The notes beneath the pieces are model-generated. The model was given only the letters and a program-made list of their open reading frames with translations, did no database searches and was not told the DNA's origin. 43,714 nucleotides of DNA from a bacterium (lineage in GTDB: Bacteria; Auribacterota; UBA3054): assembly GCA_017554565.1 (NCBI GenBank), contig JAFZID010000197.1, forward strand, positions 1 to 43,714. Reading direction: 5' to 3'. The translations under genes were made by a program, and so were the position numbers. Position 1 is the stretch's first letter. Each line of letters starts with the position of its first letter. Shown here one piece after another: positions 40,083-43,714 of this stretch.

Positions 40083-40121
40083 AAAAAACGCCCCGGTTTG
40101 CCTATGAGACAAATCGGGGCG
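40083..40121 (-). terminator. Rho-independent terminator after the zincin pair
   Basis: CGCCCCGGTTTG...CAAATCGGGGCG hairpin preceded by A6 (U-tract on the minus strand). Confidence 0.7.
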
Positions 40122-40142
40122 GGCGAAGGGCCGGCGCATTCG

Positions 40143-41363
40143 TTATTGCCAGCCGTATTTTTTAGCAATTTCAGTTAGCTGCTCTTCCGTCACCGGGAAG
40201 CGCCAGAGCTGATAATACTTGATGAGGTTCTGGCCGGTGGCGACGTTCAGGGCGGCCAGGGCCACCGGGAGACGGTCCTCTTCTTTTTCGATTTTCGGAA
40301 CGCCTTTTTCATTCAGTTCCACGAAGAGGCGGTACCATTTTTTCATGACGTCCCAGCCGTAAACTTTGACAATTCTTTGGAAGAAGCCGTTGATCTCGTC
40401 GCTGTCAAGCGAGTCGTAGGTCCTTTCGCTGTTTCCGAGGTAGGCGTCGCCGTAGCAGAGGAAGAAGCGGTCGGCCAGTTTCTTTATGGGCATCCTTATC
40501 TCCGTGGAGAGCGGCAAATAGTCCGTTCCCTTCCAATAGATGCCGAGGTAGTCGGCGCTGGGCATGTGGGAGAAGGCGTAGGTCAGTTTGAAGTTGGCGT
40601 GGAATTCCGCGCAGGGGCCGCTCCAGATGTAATAGTCGCCGATGCCGTCGTCGAAGTTGTGGCCCATCTCGTGGGTCCAGCCGAAGCTCATGATGCCCTG
40701 CTTGAATTCTTCCAGCGTCTGGGGCACGAAGTCCATGGTAAGCACGATGGGGTTGCCGGCGTAGGCCCAGGCGTAGGCGTTGGGCGTCTCCTCGATCTTG
40801 GAGAGCGCGCCTTCGAAGGGGCGGTTGCCGGTCAGCTCCATCATGGCGGCGTAGGCTTCATCCAGCCAGCCCACCATTTCCTTTTCCCACTTTTCGCCTT
40901 TCCAGTTTTTCTTCTGCAGAGAAACTATCATGTAGTTCCCGGTGAGGGCCTGCAGCGGAGTTTCAAGGGTCGCGGTCTTGACTTCCAAAAGGGAGGGAAG
41001 GGAGATCGTTTCGCCGTTCTCTTTGGCAAGCGTGAAGACGCCCTCTACGGCCGGGCCCTGCGGGGAACGCGTTCTTGCGCTGTCGGGGTAATACATGGCG
41101 GGGCCCCAGCTGGCTTCCGAGGAGGGCTCCAGGGCGATGTCCAGGTTTTCCTCCCAGGTCTCGTTTTCGCCGCGCCAATGGGCCACGAATTTCGTTACCT
41201 TGTAACTTTCGGAGGAAGGATTCTGGAAGGTGTATTTCGCCCAGTTCCAGCCGTTGCTCATCCAGCCGCGCTCAGGAGTCAGGGCGGCGTTTACGACGGG
41301 GCCGAAATTCGGCGCGGCGAAGACGGAAAGGGAGGCGAAAAGCAGGAAAAGGAATTTTTTCAT
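40143..41363 (-). CDS. Secreted M60-like (gluzincin) metallopeptidase
   Basis: Signal peptide; GWTHEMGHNF followed by a downstream Glu (AEFHAN). Confidence 0.7.
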   Translation of the reverse strand: MKKFLFLLFASLSVFAAPNFGPVVNAALTPERGWMSNGWNWAKYTFQNPSSESYKVTKFVAHWRGENETWEENLDIALEPSSEASWGPAMYYPDSARTRSPQGPAVEGVFTLAKENGETISLPSLLEVKTATLETPLQALTGNYMIVSLQKKNWKGEKWEKEMVGWLDEAYAAMMELTGNRPFEGALSKIEETPNAYAWAYAGNPIVLTMDFVPQTLEEFKQGIMSFGWTHEMGHNFDDGIGDYYIWSGPCAEFHANFKLTYAFSHMPSADYLGIYWKGTDYLPLSTEIRMPIKKLADRFFLCYGDAYLGNSERTYDSLDSDEINGFFQRIVKVYGWDVMKKWYRLFVELNEKGVPKIEKEEDRLPVALAALNVATGQNLIKYYQLWRFPVTEEQLTEIAKKYGWQ

Positions 41364-41381
41364 GGTGTTCTTACGATTTGA

Positions 41382-42617
41382 TTACAGTCCGTATTTGTCC
41401 GCGGCGGCTTTGAGGGATTCTTCCGTCACCGGGAAGCGCCAGAGCTGATAGTACTTGATGAGGTTCTGGCCGACGGCTTTGTTCAAAGCGGCGAACTGGA
41501 AGTTGACTTTTTCTTCCGGGGTCGCGGGGGGCGCCATGCCTTTGTCTTTGACGGCGCCGATGATGCGGTACCACTTCTTGATGGGATCCCAGCCGTAAAC
41601 TCTCACGATCCTCTGGTAGAAGGACTGAATCTCGTCGCTGTCCAGCGTTTTCCAGGATCTGGTCTGGTCGGCCAGGTATTTTTCGCCGAAGAGTAGGAAG
41701 AAGCGGTCGCCCAGCTTGGTGATGGGAATGCGCTCGTCTTTGTCAACGGGCAATACGTCGGTGCCTCTCCAGCGGATGCTAAGATATTCCCTGGAGGGCA
41801 TGTGGTCGAAGGCGTAGAGGACTTTGATGTTGGCCTGGAACTCCGTGCTGTCGTGGTCCCAGCGGAGGAACTCCGTCAGGTCGCAGTCGAAGTTGTGGCC
41901 GACTTCATGCGCCCAGCCCCAGCTCATGAGGCCCTGCTTGAATTCGCTGATGGTGTCGGGGACGTAGAGGCCGGTTAGGGTCACGGGGTTGCCGGCGTAG
42001 GCCCAGGCGAAGCGGTTGGGGGATTCCTTCATGCCGGTGATCTTGCCGTCGAAGGGCTTGCGGCCGACCAGATCGACGTAGCATTCGTAAACTTCGTCCA
42101 TCCACTTCAGCATGTCTCTCTGCCAGAGGCCGCCGTCGAAGCGGGATTTCTGGAAGGAAACGTAGATGTACTGTCCGGTGATGGCGGCCAGGGGCTCCTC
42201 GAGGACGGCCCTTTTGGTCTTGAGCTCGAAGGGCAGGAAAGTGGCCTTGCCTTCTCTTTTGACTCTGAAGCGGCCTTTCATGACGACTTTGCCGTCGGGC
42301 ATCTTCTCGAACATGTCTTTGGGAAGATAAGTGTCGTGCAGCCATTTGGCTTCCTTGCCGGGGGCGACGGTGACGTCGACCTTCTGGGTCCAGGGTTCGG
42401 AATTCTCCGTGCCGATCCACTGGGCTTCCATCTCTTCGATGGTCCAGTCTTTCTGTCCGGAGTTTTTGAAGACGAATTTGGCTTTGTTCCAGGCGCCGAC
42501 GTCGAAGCCGATGTCGAATTCCGGGCCGGCTTTGACGCTAAGGGCGGTGGGAGCGGCCGGATCGGCCAAAAGCGTTACGGCGCCGAAAAGGGCGAGGAAA
42601 AGGGTCGTTTTTAACAT
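41382..42617 (-). CDS. Secreted M60-like (gluzincin) metallopeptidase, tandem paralog
   Basis: Signal peptide; WGWAHEVGHNF...TEFQAN; shares AWAYAGNP, LDSDEI and RIV.VYGWD with its neighbour. Confidence 0.7.
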   Translation of the reverse strand: MLKTTLFLALFGAVTLLADPAAPTALSVKAGPEFDIGFDVGAWNKAKFVFKNSGQKDWTIEEMEAQWIGTENSEPWTQKVDVTVAPGKEAKWLHDTYLPKDMFEKMPDGKVVMKGRFRVKREGKATFLPFELKTKRAVLEEPLAAITGQYIYVSFQKSRFDGGLWQRDMLKWMDEVYECYVDLVGRKPFDGKITGMKESPNRFAWAYAGNPVTLTGLYVPDTISEFKQGLMSWGWAHEVGHNFDCDLTEFLRWDHDSTEFQANIKVLYAFDHMPSREYLSIRWRGTDVLPVDKDERIPITKLGDRFFLLFGEKYLADQTRSWKTLDSDEIQSFYQRIVRVYGWDPIKKWYRIIGAVKDKGMAPPATPEEKVNFQFAALNKAVGQNLIKYYQLWRFPVTEESLKAAADKYGL

Positions 42618-42776
42618 AGGGGCTCCTTTGGGTGGAAATTATTCATTTAGTTGTTTCAAAAAAATATTAGCAAAAACAGGAACGGCAGTCCATGTATTTT
42701 TAGTCATGTTTCGGCTGTAAATTTCCTTATTGAACGCGCAGGCGGTCCGGCGCCGGGCGGCGCTTTGCTGCTGACT

Positions 42777-42804
42777 TTGATTTTGGAGCCGGGTTTGGTA
42801 TAAT
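42777..42804 (+). promoter_or_regulatory. Putative hppA promoter
   Basis: TTGATT, 16-bp spacer, TATAAT with extended TG. Confidence 0.55.
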
Positions 42805-42859
42805 ACCTAATACTATTTTTTTAGTTAATTTCCTTTAACCCCATTCATACTTAGGTGCT

Positions 42860-43714
42860 ATGAAAAAACACTCCTTAGTCGCTCTGGCTCTGATGGGCGC
42901 CGCCTCCGCTATGGCCGCTCCTGAAGCTCAGAGTGCGGGTTGTTTCGCGCAATCCGCCCCCTATCTTGCCGTCGCGGCCGCCGTTCTGGCGCTGCTGGTG
43001 GCTTTCATCTGCTACAAGAGCATGGTCAAGGCTCCGGAAGGCTCCCCTCGCATGATCGAGATCGCCGCCTACGTCCGTGAAGGCGCCATGGCTTATCTCC
43101 GCCGCCAGTACAAAGTAGTGGGCGCGGTCTTCGCGATCCTCTTTGTCATCTTCGCTATTCTGGCCATCTTCAAGATCCAGAACCCCTTCGTTCCGATCGC
43201 CTTCCTTACCGGCGGCTTCTTCTCCGGTCTGTGCGGCTACATCGGCATGAACACCGCCACCAAAGCCAGCTCCCGTACCGCTCAGGGCGCTTCCGAAGGT
43301 TTGAACCGAGGATTGCAGGTCGCCTTCCGTTCCGGCGCCGTCATGGGTCTTTGCGTGGTCGGCCTTGGTCTTCTTGACATCTCCCTTTGGTGGATCATCC
43401 TTGACAAGCTGGTCTTCACGGCCGGCAACATGGCCGACGGTCTTTCCATCTGTGGCCTTGACCTGGTCCACGCCGGCACCGACAATGCCCACAAATACAT
43501 CGAGATCACCACGACCATGCTGACCTTCGGCATGGGCGCTTCCACCCAGGCCCTCTTCGCCCGTGTCGGCGGCGGTATCTACACCAAAGCCGCTGACGTA
43601 GGCGCCGACCTGGTCGGTAAAGTTGAAGCCAACATTCCGGAAGACGACCCCCGCAACCCCGCCACCATCGCTGACAACGTCGGCGACAACGTGGGCGACG
43701 TTGCCGGTATGGGC
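42860..43714 (+). CDS. hppA: Membrane-bound ion-translocating pyrophosphatase (partial; runs off the window end)
   Basis: Not in the ORF track because there is no stop. Manual translation from ATG 42860 gives EGAMAYL.RQY, AFRSGAVMG and RVGGGIYTKAADVGADLVGKVEANIPEDDPRNPATIADNVGDNVGDVAGMG. Confidence 0.95.
   Translation, partial: MKKHSLVALALMGAASAMAAPEAQSAGCFAQSAPYLAVAAAVLALLVAFICYKSMVKAPEGSPRMIEIAAYVREGAMAYLRRQYKVVGAVFAILFVIFAILAIFKIQNPFVPIAFLTGGFFSGLCGYIGMNTATKASSRTAQGASEGLNRGLQVAFRSGAVMGLCVVGLGLLDISLWWIILDKLVFTAGNMADGLSICGLDLVHAGTDNAHKYIEITTTMLTFGMGASTQALFARVGGGIYTKAADVGADLVGKVEANIPEDDPRNPATIADNVGDNVGDVAGMG

Noticed and set aside
42875-43492. 205-aa minus-strand ORF at the window end
   Set aside because: Antisense shadow of the hppA reading frame.

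Overview
43.7-kb chromosomal segment of a GC-rich diderm bacterium. It carries lpxK, PEP-CTERM-like proteins and a TPR/ExbBD operon, which together suggest a PVC-superphylum lineage (inference). The window spans the replication origin: DnaA-box clusters flank dnaA, followed by dnaN and dciA, and gene orientation switches there. Left arm (minus strand): TPR-TPR-exbB-exbD-exbD, a GH2 beta-galactosidase, a long operon (Gfo/ThuA/Gfo/IolE-like, HAD-NadD fusion, rsfS, gmk, coaC, coaB, lpxK) and lemA-htpX. Right arm: pcp, nadB, a motif-degenerate sat, mtaB, plsC, fmt, rsmB, an AT-rich four-gene secreted-protein islet, GH120, panC, two M60-like zincin paralogs and a partial membrane pyrophosphatase. 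The most unusual element is a small AT-rich islet behind tRNA-Arg(ACG). It holds four perfect, co-varying 27-bp palindromes (period 63/63/75 bp) directly upstream of a YhcG/DUF1016 PD-(D/E)XK nuclease gene, and each unit matches in register a decayed palindrome inside that gene. All calls come from reading the sequence and from motif recall; no database searches were run.
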